Positions 10,934-23,530 of a DNA stretch of 64,000 nucleotides are shown piece after piece. Positions within the stretch are counted from its first letter, which is position 1. The number at the start of each line of letters is the position of its first letter. The DNA comes from Mobula hypostoma. Its lineage: Eukaryota. The notes beneath the pieces were generated by a model. That model was not told the origin of the DNA, ran no database searches, and was given only the letters and a program-made list of their open reading frames with translations. The stretch is from contig NC_086108.1 in assembly GCF_963921235.1 (NCBI RefSeq), positions 19,344,001 through 19,408,000 of the forward strand, given 5' to 3'. Position numbers and translations under genes: made by a program.

Positions 10934-12429
10934 TACTTTCACTGAGATACTACAAACTGTAGCCTGACACAAACCTCCCTGACCAAACAATCCTTTCCTG
11001 TCAGGTCTGTAAATTACTGCATGGTCCAGACATACATTATTAGTCAGTGCCTCATGAGGTAACAAATACTCGTTATAATATTTATCTCTTACCAGGTAGT
11101 GACATAACAGAGTGAAGTGTATATTGCAAACTGGCATCAAGCATTTCCATAGACCTCTTATTTAAACAAAAGTAACTACAACACAGCTAGAGCCACAGAA
11201 TGTTCCTGGGTGTCAAGATCTCTGAGGACCTGACCTGGTCCCAACGTATCGATGTAGTTATAAAGGCTCATACATAAGGTTCTTTTTCATCGACTACAGC
11301 TCTGCCTTTAATTCCATCATTCCAAATAAACTGATTCCTAAGCTCCGGAACCTGGGCCTTAGCACTCAGATCTGCAGCTGGATCTTCAACTTCCTCACAG
11401 ACAGGACCCAGACTGTAAAAATAGGGGACAAGCTCTCCTCTACATTCACTCTGAGCACCGGTGCCCCACAAGGCTGTGTACTCAGCTCCCTGCTGTACTC
11501 ACTGTACACCCATGATTGTGTAGCCAAGTTTCCATCAAACTCAATATATAAGTTTGCTCATGACACAACAATTGTAGGCCGAATCTCCGGTAATGATGAG
11601 TTTGAGTACAGAGAGAAAATTAAGAACCTGGTGGCATGGTGCGAAGACAATAACCTATCCCTCAACATCAGCAAGACGAAGGAATTAGTTGTTGACTTCA
11701 GAAGGAGTAGCGGACCGCACGACCCAATTTACATCGGTGGTGCGCAAGTGGAACAGGTCAAAAGCTTTAAATTCCTCAGGGTCAATATCACAAATGACCT
11801 GACTTGGTCCAACCAAGCAGAGTTCACTGCCAAGAAGGCCCACCAGCATCTTTACTTTCTGAGAAAACTAAAGAAATTTGGCCTGTCCCCTCAAACCCTC
11901 ACTAATATTTATAGATGCACCGTAGAAAGCATTCTTCTAGGGTGCATCACAACCTGGTATGGAAGTTGTCCTGTCCAAGACCGAAAGAAGCTGCAGAAGA
12001 TCGTGAACATGGCGCAGCACATCACACAAACCAATCTTCCGTCCGTGGGCTCACTTTACACCGCACGCTGTCGGAGCAGTGCTGCCAGGATAATCAAGGA
12101 CACGACCCACCCAGCTAACAGACTTTTCGTCCCTATTCCCTCCGGGAGAAGGTTCAGGAGCTTGAAGACTCGTACGGCCAGATTTGGGAACAGCTTCTTT
12201 CCAACTGTGATAATACTGCTGAACGGATCCTGACCCGGATCTGGGCCGTACCCTCCAAATATCCGGACCTGCCTCTCGGTTTTTTTGCACTACCCTACTT
12301 CCCATTTTTCTATTTTCTACTTATGATTTATAATTTAAATTTTTAATATTTACTATTTTTAACTATTTTTAATATTTATAATATTTAATATTTGTAATCC
12401 AGGTGGTGTGAAGCGCAGAATCAAATATC

Positions 12430-15392
12430 ACAAGACAAAGGAGCAGAAGTAGGCCATTCGGCCCATCGAGTCTGCTCCGCAGCTCCCCCATGAGCTAAAC
12501 TATTCACCCATCTAGTTCGAATTTCCGGCTTTTTCCCCATATCCCTTGATACCCTGACTAATTAGATACCTGTCAATCTCCTCCTTAAACACCCTCAATG
12601 ATCAGGCCTCCACAGCTGTATGTGGCAACGAATTCCACAAATCCACGACCCTCTGGCTAAAAAAATTTCTCCTCATCTCTGTTTTAACTGGGTACCCTCT
12701 AATTCTAAGACTATGGCCTCTTGTCCTGGACTCACCCACCAAGGGAAACAACCTTTTCATATCTACTCTGCCCAACCCTTTCAACATTTGAAATGTTTCT
12801 ATGAGATCCCCTTTCATTCTTCTATACTCTAATGAATACAATCCAAGAGCTGACAAACGCTCTTCATATGTTAGCCCCTGCTTTCCAGGAATCATCCTCA
12901 TAAATCTTCTCTGAACTCCCTCCAACATCAGTACATCCTTTCTAAGATAGGGGTCCCAAAACTGCACACAGTATTCCAAATGAAGTCTCACTAATGCCCC
13001 ATAGAGCCTCATCAACACCTCCTTACTCTTATACACTATTCCTCATGAAATGAATGCCAACATAGCATTCGCTTTCCTTACCGCCGATCCAACTTGGTGG
13101 TTAACCTTTAGGGTATCCTGCATGAGGACCCCCAAGTCCCTTTGCACTTACAATTTTTGAATTTTCTCCCCATCTAAATAATAATCTGCCTGATTATTTC
13201 TTCTTCCGAAATGTACAACCATACATTTGTCAACATTGTATCTCATCTGCCATTTCTTTGCCCACTCTCCTAAACTAAGTCTCTCTGCAACCTTTCCGTT
13301 TCTTCAACTTTTCCTGCTCCTCCACCTATCTTGCTGTCATCCGCAAACTTAGCCACAAAACCATTTAATCCATAATCCAAATCATCGATATTGTGACGAA
13401 AGAGGGTTACAAAAGTACACATAGACTAAGATGCTAACTGTCCTGTGCTAGCACCAGTGGGATCTGCCACCTGTCTTCAGGAGAGAGAGATAAGTAAGAC
13501 AATGGAGCAGCATTTGGAAATGTTAATGAAGAGACGAGAGAGTTTAACGGAAGGAGACACCGGTCTGAATATTGTCAAGACCGGCTCCTTTTGAACCCTG
13601 AACTGTTTGAAGTGTGATAGACAGGCGATACCCCAGCAAGGAGATAAAAAAGGGGCAGGTTCGCTAAGACAACACACACGACACCACGAGGTAATGAGAC
13701 CCTGGAAGCGGTGTGCCCCCACAAGTCGGTGGGAGTTTTTGGAGGACTGCTAGCGGGACCAGCCATAGACGCACAAGGTGGAAAGGTACGATCGGCAGGA
13801 ACCTGGTGTGTGTGTCCACCCTTGCCTGGGTGCCGGGTTCACCGCAGAGGAACGATCATATCTGAAACGGAGGAGTCACAGTCGGTGACCTCAGAAGACA
13901 TTACAAAGGGCTCGCCCGAAAGCTAACTGCGAGGAATATCAAAGGTCTGTTGAATCCGATTTGAATATCAGTATTCGCTCTCTCTCTCTCTCTCCCAACA
14001 GCACGACGGCGATAACTACGAACTGAACTAAACTGAACTCTGTCACTTGTGATTGAACATTTTACCCCTAGACTGCGACAGAGCTGATGGACCCTATTAT
14101 CCTAGTTCTGTGTATATGTGTGTTTATTCATTGCTAACCTGTTGCATTTATATCCTTACTATTAGAGTACTGTGTTACTTATTTCTTTAATAAAACTTTC
14201 TTAGTTCCAGAAATCCAGACTCCAACTGAGTGGTCCATTTCTGCTGGTTTGGCAACCCAGTTAAGGGGTACGTAACAATATACATCGTAAAAAGAAGTGG
14301 CCCCAACACCAACCCCTGCGGAACACCACTAGTAACCGGCAACCAATCAGAATATGATCCCTTTATTCCCAACCTTTGCTTTCTGCCTATCAGCCAATGC
14401 TCCACCCATTTCAATATCTTTCCTATAATTCCATGGGCTCTCATCTTATTAAGCAGCCTCATATGTGGCACCTTATCGAAGGCCTTTTGAAAATCCAAAT
14501 ACACAACATCCACAGCCTCTCCCTTGTCAATCTTATTCGAGATTACCTCAAAAAATTCCAATAGGTTGGTGAGGCAGGATCTTCCCTTCATGAAACCATG
14601 CTGGCTTCGGCCTATCTTGTCATGCACCTCGAGGTATTTCATAACCTCGTCCTTGAGGATTGACTCCAATATCTTTCCAACTACCGATGTCAGACTAATA
14701 GGTCTGTAATTTTCTTTTTGCTGCCTCCTTCCTTTCTTAAATAGCGGAACTACATTTGCAACCTTCCAGTCCTCCGGAACCATGCCAGAGTCTATTGATT
14801 CCTGGAAGATCATTTCCAATGCTTCCACAATCTCCAAAGCCACCTCCTTCAGAACCCTTGGGTGCACCTCATCCAGACCGGGAGACTTATCTATTCTTAG
14901 TCCATTTAGCTTCCCAAGCACTTTCTCTCTAGTAATCTTGACTGTACCTAATTCTATTCCCTGATACCTCTGGCTATCAGGTATATTGCTCATGTCTTCC
15001 ACTGTGAAGACTGATGCAAAATATTCATTCAATTCCTCTGCCATCTCTTTGTTATCCATTATAATTTCTCCAGCATCATTTTCAATCGGTCCCGTATCTA
15101 CCCTTGTCACTCTTTTACTCTTCATATATTTAAAAAAACTCTTAGTATCCTTTTTTATGTTAATCACCAACTTCCTTTAATAATTCATCTTTTCTTTCCT
15201 AATAACTTTCTTAGTTTCCTTCTGTAAGTTTTTAAAAGTCTTCCAGTCCTCATTTTTCCACTAATTTTTGCTTCCTTGTACGCCGTTTCTTTGCTTTTAT
15301 TTTTGCCTTAACCTCTCTCGTTAGCCACATTTGTGCCATTTTTCCCATTCATGATTTTCTTTTTTCTTGGAATATATTTTTCCTGCATTTTC
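12430..15392 (-). mobile_element. CR1 LINE, 5'-truncated, interrupted by a solo LTR
   Basis: ORFs 14187-15170 (KSPGLD, YRPISLTS, YLDFQKAFDKVPH, SGVPQG) and 12602-13036. The RT reading resumes across the LTR (LFTMYI|DDLDYG...KFADDSK). Confidence 0.95.
13392..14277 (+). mobile_element. Solo LTR, 886 bp (probably Gypsy/Ty3)
   Basis: TGTGACG...CGTAACA termini, 4-bp TSD ATAT (13388-91 and 14278-81), AATAAA near 14189. It cleanly interrupts the CR1 RT. Confidence 0.9.
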
Positions 15393-15941
15393 CTGTGATG
15401 AGTGTACGTTCTAGTACTAATTGTTTGGCGACAACAAAGTATAAAGTATAAAAAAGGCAAGACAGAGCCTATACTTCATTAGGATTTTGAAGAGATTTGG
15501 CATGTGAACAAATACACTCAAAAACTTCTACAGATGTACCATGGAGAGTATTCTGACAGGCTGCATCACTGTCTGGTATGGAGGGGGCTACTCCACAGGA
15601 CTAAAGGAAGCTGCGGAAGGTTTTAAATCTAGTCAGCTCCATCTTGGGTACCAGCCTACAAAGTACCCAGGACATCTTTAGGGAGTGGTGTCTCAGAAAG
15701 GCAGTGTCCATTATTAAGGACCTCTAGCATCCTTTTCTCACTGTTACCATCAGGTAGGAGGTACAGAAGCCTGAAGAGAGACACTCAGTGATTCAGGAAC
15801 AACTTCTTCCCCTCTGCCATCTGATTCCTAAATGGACATTGAATCTTTGGACATTACGTCACTTTTTAAAAAAATATCGTATTTCTGCTTTTGCACTTAT
15901 TTTAATCTATTCAATATACATAATTGATTTACTTCTTTATT

Positions 15942-16815
15942 GGAAACATAGAAAGCTACCAGCATTGTACAGGCCTTTGGGCCCACAAAGCTGTGCCAAA
16001 GATGTCCTTACCTCAGAAATTACCTAGGGTTACCCATAGCCCTCTATTTTTATAAGCTCTATGTACCTATCCAAGAGTCTCTTAAAAGACCCTATCGTAT
16101 CTGCCTCCACCACTGTCGCAGGCAGTCCATTCCATGCACTCACCACTCTCTGCGTAAAAAACTTACCCCTGACATCTCCTCTGTACCTACTTCCAAGCAC
16201 CTTAAAACTTATGCTAGCCATCTCAGCCCTGGGAAAAAGCCTCTGACTATCCACACGATCAATGCCTCTCATCACTTTGGACACCTCTATCAGGTCACCT
16301 CTCATCCTCCTTCACCCCAAGGAGAAAAGGCCGAGTTCACTCAACCTATATTATAAGGCATGCTCCCCAATCCAGGTAACATCCTTGTAAATCTCCTCTG
16401 CACCCTTTCTATGATTTTCACATCCTTCCTGTAGTGAGGTGACCAGAACTGAGCACAGTACTCCAAGTGGCGTCTGACCAGGGTCCTATATAGCTGCAAC
16501 ATTACCTCACGGCTCCTAAACTCAATCCCACGATTGACGAAGGCCAATGCACCATATGCTTTCTTAACCACAGAGTCTACCTGTTTAGAAGCTTTGAGTT
16601 TCCTATGGACTTGGATTCCAAGATCCCTCTGATCCTCCACACTGTCAAGAGTCTTACCATTAATGCTATATTCTGCCATCATATTTGACCTATCAAAATG
16701 AACCACCTCACACTTATCTGGGTTGAACTACATGTGGCATTGTCAGCCCAGTTTTGCATCCTATCAATGTCCCGCAGTAACCTCTGACAGCCCTCCGCAG
16801 TATCCACAACACCAC
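15942..16815 (-). mobile_element. CR1 LINE 3' fragment
   Basis: ORFs 16341-16706 and 16030-16305 (RDLGI, LEYCAQFWSP, RGDLIEV, WNGLP), with a TTCTATGTTTC tail. Confidence 0.9.
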
Positions 16816-16943
16816 ATTGATTATTATAATTACTTTTATTTTACTTGTTATTGTTTCTCTCTGCTAGATTATGTATTGCATCGAACTGCTGAGTTAACAA
16901 ATTTCACGTCACATGCCAGTGATAATAAACCCGATTCTGATTC

Positions 16944-18320
16944 CCAACCTAACAGTTCTTGTCCTAACACTACAGTACCTCCTGCCTGATGGTAACAATT
17001 GAAAGAGAATGTTGGAAGGAAGGGATCATTGACAATGTCAAGGGCACTGCATACACAGCACTCTTGATAAATATCTCTGCCCCCTAAGTCCCCTCCATTA
17101 CTCCCTGTATATCCATGACTGTGTCAACACCCACAGCTCTAACCTAAATAAATTTGCTGACGACAGGCCTAATCTCAAATAATAATCAGGTGGCCTACAG
17201 GGAAGAAGTCATCACCCTGACACAGTGGTGTCAAGAAAACCTCTCCCTCAAAGTCGCAAAAACAAAGAAGCTGTTTGTGGATTACAGGAGAAATGGACAC
17301 AGGCTAACCCCTATTGACATCAATGGATCTGGAGTTGAGAGGGTAAACAGCTTTAAGTTCGTTGGCATCCCCATCACTGAGGATCTCGCTTGGTCTGTAC
17401 GTACCAGCTGTGCGGTGAAAAAGGCACAACAGCGCCTCTTTCACCTCAGATGGTTCAGGAAGTTTGGTATGGGCCCCCAAATCCTCAGAACTTTCTACAG
17501 GGGCACAAAAGAGGGCATCCTGATTGGCTGCATCACTACTTGGTATGGGAACTGTACCTCCCTTAATCACAGGACTCTGCAGAGAGTGGTGCGGACAGCC
17601 AGCGCATCTGTAGTTGTGAACTTCCCATGATTCAGGACATTTACAAAGACAGGTGTGAGAAAAAAGGGCCTATAGGATCATTGGGGACCCAGTCACGCCA
17701 ACCACAATCTATTCCAGCTGCTACCATCCGGAAACTGTACCACAGCATAAAAGCCAGAACCAGCAGGCTCCCGGACAGCTTCTTCCACCAGATCATCAGG
17801 CTGATTAACTCACGCTGATGTGAGAGTATTCTGTTACACTGACTGTTCTATTTATTATAAATTATTATAAATTACTATGACGGAGACATAACAAAGATTT
17901 TTACTCCTCCTGTATGTGAAGGATGTAAGAAATAAAGTCAATTCAGTTCAATGATGGGTGGAAGAGAGACCCAATGATCCTCTCAGCGGTCCTCATAATT
18001 CTTTGTGGTCAGATACCTTGCAATTCCCATTCCAGACGGTGATGCAGCTAGTCAGGACACTCACGATGGTGCTCCTATAAATATTGGTTGAAATGGTTGG
18101 AGCGGGAGCAGCAGGGAACCCTTGCTCACCTCAAACTCCTTAGGAAGTGGAAACACAGCAGTGCTTTCTTGACCAAAGAGGTGGTGTTGAGGGACCAGAT
18201 TACATCATCTGTTAAGTGTTCTTAACTCTCTCCGTGGAGGAGCTGTTTATGTGCAGTGAAAAGTGGATAACCTGCATCTTCCTCAAGTCAACAATGATCT
18301 TCGCTCAAGTTGTTGTCAAG
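16944..18320 (-). mobile_element. Old Rex1-type fragment (16944-17078 and 17950-18320) split by a plus-strand Rex1
   Basis: Minus-strand remnants of LPSGRRY, TIVSVLTSCITVWNG and IVDLRK. Confidence 0.55.
17079..17950 (+). mobile_element. Rex1/Babar LINE 3' fragment
   Basis: ORF 17154-17630 (WCQENLSLKVAKTKKLFVDYRR...KKAQQRLFHLR). The end is AATAAAGTCAATTCAGTTCAA. Confidence 0.85.
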
Positions 18321-18336
18321 TTATAGCTTACAGAAG

Positions 18337-18557
18337 TTTGTTGCTGTTGTTGAGTGCCATCAGGTCAGTGACTCATGGCAACCTTATGAATAGTGTGGTT
18401 GTCCATAGGGTTTTTGTGGCAAGATACAGAAGTAGATTGCCTGGACTTTCCTCCGTGCAGATACCGCTGCTGCCCAGGTTGGAACCCGGAGGATTCGAAC
18501 TCAGGACTATCTGCCTTGAAGTCCAGTGCTGAGGCCACAACACCACCAGCCAGCCCA
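18337..18557 (-). mobile_element. tRNA-headed SINE with an RTE-like 3' tail
   Basis: A-box-like GGTGGTGTTGTGG, B-box GAGTTCGAATC, and a 3' end GAGTCACTGACCTGATGGCACTCAACAACAGCAAC. Confidence 0.7.
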
Positions 18558-19269
18558 ATAGAAGTTAGGGTAATCAAAAGTGCCTGTAGATCTAACCAAA
18601 TCTGAAAACAAGAGATTCTGCAGATGCTGGAAATCTTGAGCAACACATTAGCCATTCACCACCTTATTTTCCAATTAGATTAGACTAGACTCCATCATCC
18701 TCAGCCTATCACCTTCTAGCTTCTCACCTTCCCTGCCTCCCTGTCGCCACCACCCCTCCCCCCTTACCTAGATATTCCGATCAGCTGCCAGCCCCATCTT
18801 TCACCTCTTTACCTTCTGGCTATATCCCCTCTTTTTCTGTCCAGAGAAAAAGTCCCAGCCTGAAACTTCAACTGAGCATTTCCCTATGAAGATCATTGCA
18901 CAGTTTCCCCAGGAAGTTTCCAGAACATCCTCAAAACATTTTTACCATCTTGCTGCAAAGCTCTTGTCATGGCAGCTCACAATGGAAGGACTGTTTCAGG
19001 ACATGCAGGACATGCCATTAATCTGCCTGCCAAATGCAGCAGACTGAATGTAATCAGAATATTGATGTTAATGATATTGGTTTGGGAGAGAACACTTGGA
19101 CTTGCTTATCCTAGTTGTGAACTTTGTTGGATTATCATTAGAGTGTTACATTGCTATAGTTGTCAGTTTAATTTTTCCTGTGCTTGCTGGTATTGTTTAT
19201 ATAACCACGTATCTACATGCAGCTGTTCAGTAATTGTAGTATAGGTGATTATGGTGATTCTGTATTTTT

Positions 19270-20645
19270 AGAAACATAGAAAACATACAGCACAATACAG
19301 GCCCTTCGGCCCACAAAGCTGTGCCGAACATGTCCCTACCTTAGAACTACCTAGGCTTTACCCATAGCATTCTATTTTATTCTAAGCTCCATGTAGCCAT
19401 CCAGGAGTCCCTTAAGACAGTGGTTCCCAACCACCGTCTGTGGACGAGTACCGGGCCGCAAAGCATGTGCTACCGGGCCACGAGGGAACGATATGATTTG
19501 GCAATATGAGTCAGCTACATGTTTCCTCATTCCCTGTCACGCCCACTGTTGAGCTTGAACGCATGTCAGCGCGGGAAGGAAATCAACTCCTCGAGCTTGC
19601 AAATGACAGCGGGCTGAGAAGTATGTTTGACATAACATCTCTGCCAGCATTCTCGATCAAAGTCAAGGCTAAATATACTGAGATAGTCATGAAAACACTG
19701 AAAACGTTGCTTCTATTTCCAACATATCTCTGCAATGAATGCAACGAAAACTAAATTGTGGAATAGACTGGACATAAGGAACCCCCTTCGAGTATCGCTG
19801 TCTCCCATCACCCCTTGATGGCACCGTCTTGTTGCAGGAAAACAAGCCCAGGGCTCCCACTGATTCAGCGATATTGGTGTGTTGCAATGATTTTATATGT
19901 TCATACGGGGAAAATATGTGCTGTGTGTTTAATATCCAAACATTACTTAAAATGTTATGATGTTATTGACTTATAAGTGACTTATATAACCATAAAACAA
20001 TTACAGCACAGAAACAGGCCATCTTGGCCCTTCTAGTCCGTGCCGAATGCTTACTCTCACCTCGTCCCACCGACCTGTACTCAGCCCATAACCCTCCATT
20101 CCTTTCCTGTCCATATACCTATCCAATTTTCCTTTAAATGATAATATCGAACCTGCCTCTACCACTTCTACTGGAAGTTCGTTCAACACTTACTTCAAGC
20201 TCCCGTCCTCCCCTGATAATTGACTTATCACTATTTTCATGTGAGGAAAATATGTGCTGTGTGTTTAATATTAAATTCGTTAGATAAACCCTTTTAGAAA
20301 CGAAATTGAGTGTATTAGCCACTTATCACCTATATTCTGGTCGTGATTAACACCCCACCCCCAAACAGAATCGCCAAAAATGATTTGTAGAAAAAAATTG
20401 GCATGTACACGCATGCGCACACAGGTGCCCACGCAAGGCTTCATGGTCATGGTAGTCTTTCTCGGGGGGAACACAACGTATTTGACTGCTACCCTTGTCC
20501 GTTGCCAACCCTACCCCCCGTGTTGGCCGGTCCGCAAGAATATTGTCAATAATAAACCAGTCGCAGTAAAAGACCTTATCATTTCCACCTCCACCACCGC
20601 CGCTGTAAGCCCATTCCATACACTCACCACTCTCTGCATAAAAAA
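19270..20645 (-). mobile_element. CR1 3' end (19270-19417 and about 20567-20645) split by a hAT element
   Basis: TAGAAACATAGAAAAC tail. The sequence resumes at AAAAGACCTTATC...CACTCTCTGCATAAAAAAC. Confidence 0.75.
19418..20566 (+). mobile_element. Non-autonomous hAT (Charlie/Buster-like) element containing a CR1 tail
   Basis: Left TIR CAGTGGTTCCCAACC. ORF 19506-19754 resembles the hAT C-terminal dimerisation region (QLLELANDSGLRSMF...SLPAF...LKTLLLFPTYLC). The right TIR is missing and a CR1 3' end sits at about 19985-20188. Confidence 0.75.
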
Positions 20646-21029
20646 CAACTAATAAACAGACATATCCAACATGTTCTGGATTCCAAAATCATTAGATCCA
20701 GATCTTGGAGGATTTTGAAGAGAAAATATCAGCACTCACTCTCCCCAGTGCTTTTAAAGTACATACTGCATCCACAAAGCAGTGCAGTTATCACTGCTAT
20801 GTTATATTTGAGAAGCAGAGAGCCTAATCTTAGACTGTTGGTTTTCAAACACATTTCTTCAGATACGAGAAGGCTGACTGAGCACACCTGAGGCAGTGAT
20901 CATGTTTTTTTAAAACTTAACTTTGATTTACTATGATTTCTACCTGCCCCAATAGTCTCTTTCCCTCTATTCTTTGGCAAGAGTCTTGTCATCTTCAGAA
21001 GTTTTCTGATAACTTGGCCATAGTTGGAT

Positions 21030-21830
21030 GCATCAGCAAGGGAGATGAGGCTGAGTACAGGGCCTATGGTAGGAAACTTTGTCACATGGTGTGAGCAGAA
21101 TTATCTGCAGCTTAATGTGAAAAAGACTAAGGAGCTGGTGGTAGACCTGAGGAGAACTAAGGTACCGGTGACCCCAGTTTCCATCCAGGGGGTCAGTGTG
21201 GACATGGTGGAGGATTACAAATACCTGGGGATACAAATTGACAATAAACTGGACTGGTCAAAGAACACTGAGGCTGTCTACAAGAAGGGTCAGAGCTGTC
21301 TCTATTTCCTGAGGAGACTGAGGTCCTTTAACATCTGACGGACGATGCTGAGGATGTTCTACGCGTCTGTGGTGGCCAGTGTGATCATGTTTGCTGTTGT
21401 GTGCTGGGGCAGCAGGCTGAGGGTAGCAGACACCAACGGAATCAACGAACTCATTCGTAAAGCCAGTGATGTTGTGGGGATGGAACTGGACTCTCTCACG
21501 GTGGTGTCTGAAAAGAGGATGCTGTCCAAGTTGCATGCCATCTTGGACAATGTCTCCCATCCATTACATAATGTACTGGTTGGGCACAGGAGTACATTCA
21601 ACCAGAGACTCATTCCACTGAGATGCAACACAGAACGTCATAGGAAGTCATTCCTGCCTGTGGCCATCAAACTTTACAACTCCTCCCTTGGAGGGTCAGA
21701 CACCCTGAGCCAACAGGCTGGTCCTGGACTTATTTCCTGGCATAATTTACATACTACTATTTAATTATTTATGGTGCAACTGTAACAAAAACCAATTTCC
21801 CCCAGGATCAATAAAGTATGACTATGACTA
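21030..21830 (+). mobile_element. Rex1/Babar LINE 3' fragment
   Basis: ORFs 21024-21338 and 21345-21764 ([28 protein letters not shown]), with tail AATAAAGTATGACTATGACTA. Confidence 0.9.
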
Positions 21831-23104
21831 AGATGTTGACCAAGACAACTCCACAGACACATCTGTCCTGAACAAATGTCTCTCCATCTCAGCCCACATG
21901 ACTTTCCACTCAAATTCCTCCCTTCACAATTTGCATCCACCAGGTACCTTCAAACTAGTGTTTCTTGAGCAAATGTCCCCATTGCATCCCGAGTGCCATG
22001 TGCCTGTACAAGCAAACTCGACCTTTCTCTGCAACACCAGCTTGTTCTATCTCAGAACAGCCCGTGGACCTTGGCTCCAACTCATACTCTGCTGTATTTG
22101 GTACTATACGAACAGCTTTCTAATCCCAATGATTGCAAATGTCAACAGTTCTTGGATTCCAATATCCTTTCTCTCCGTGCCCCACCTTCTCGCCACATCT
22201 CTTCCCCCTAGTTACAATACCTGTCGAGGTTTCACCATCCTTTATGATCCCTAACAATAAGTCTTCACCAGAGATCTCCACTTTGTCCCTGTGTCTCCTC
22301 CTTAATTCAGCTGCTGTGAGGGGTTCTCATCATGAGACACAGACTAGAAACATTGACTTTCTGTATCCACAATGCCTCCAGATTTTCCAGCATTTTCTGG
22401 TTTTTACTTATGTTATTTTTCTTTGTTTTTTTAAAGTGCAATTTCAGTTCCTTCCTGCCATCTAATGAAGGAAATACCCATTCAGTTCCGAGCAATATTG
22501 ATGTCATCAATTTCCTTTTTTTTTTAAAAAAAGAGCAGAAATAGATGTATTACTGAAAAAAAATTACATAGACAATTAAAAAGGATATACAGGTTAAGCT
22601 AATTACTTGGAAATGCAGATTAATCATATCACACCAATAATCAGTCTGACTCCTGCTCTCATAAAAGGAAATTTTCTTTTCTAGGGATCTAGGATGACTT
22701 ACTTTACAATTTCCCTGAGAAAAGAGGTATCTGATGAGGCTTATGTGGGTGCCACAGACGGCCATGAGAGCATCCTGGTCTTTGACAGGATGGATGATTG
22801 GGGAATACAAGGGCTGCGAGGTGCTTACACCACTTTTGCTTGGGTCATGTGTTTTGAGAGCATCCTCAAGCACTTCTTTCTGTTCTCTTCATACTATCTT
22901 GGAGTAGGATGCCTATTTAAAGAATCTGGTGCCAGGCCAGGTTTCCAAGTGATGTGGCCTACTGAGGCCTTGATGATGAAAATGGTTGGAATTAAGCCAA
23001 AACACTGACATTAGTTCACTTAACATTCTCTGGTGTGTTGAGGCACCCACTGGAGGTAAGAAGTATACAGCAGGGGGATATAAGCATCATTACTGCTTGA
23101 TTTA

Positions 23105-23530
23105 TAAATACACAAGAGATTCTGCAGATGCTGGAAATTCAGAACAACACTCAGATTGCTGGAGGTCAGGGAGTATCTATGGATACAGATAAACAATAAA
23201 TGTTTCAGGCTGAGACCTGTCCATTCCAGGACTGAAATGGAAGGGAGTAGATGTCAGGGGGAGGGGAAGAAGTACAAGCTGGATGGTGACAGGCGAAACC
23301 AGGGGGAAGGTAGTGGGTGGGGCGGATGAAGCGAGAAGTTGGAGGTGATAGGTGGAAAAGGTAAAAGGCTGAAGGAGGAATCTGTTGGGAGAGAAGCGTG
23401 GACCATGGGATAAAGGGAAGGAAGAGAAGAACCAGAGGGAGGAGATAGGCAGATGAGGAAAAGAGAAGGGTTAAGCAGGGAACTAGAATGGAGAATGGAA
23501 AAAGGGAGAATGGTAGGAGAGAAATATATA
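23105..23530 (-). mobile_element. Penelope 3' UTR fragment
   Basis: ACAAGAGATTCTGCAGATGCTGGAAATTC tail, a dead hammerhead near 23200-23235 and a purine-rich tract. Confidence 0.7.

Larger units (their letters stand above)
11268..15450 (+). mobile_element. Younger Rex1/Babar LINE 3' part (body 11268-12429, tail 15393-15450)
   Basis: [26 protein letters not shown], then ORF 11631-12233 ([23 protein letters not shown]). The tail is (AAAGTAT)n and the TSD-like flanks are (A)TAAAGGC and AAAAAGGC. Confidence 0.85.
11195..16943 (+). mobile_element. Older Rex1/Babar-type LINE 3' part, split by nested insertions (pieces about 11195-11267, 15451-15940, 16817-16943)
   Basis: [21 protein letters not shown] continues at 15451 as KKARQSLYFIRILKRFGM. 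The 3' end is GATAATAAACCCGATTCTGATTC. Confidence 0.75.

Noticed and set aside
18337..18557. tRNA-like A/B boxes (also at 55315-55392 and 63200-63281)
   Set aside because: These are SINE heads followed by retroposon bodies; no complete cloverleaf.
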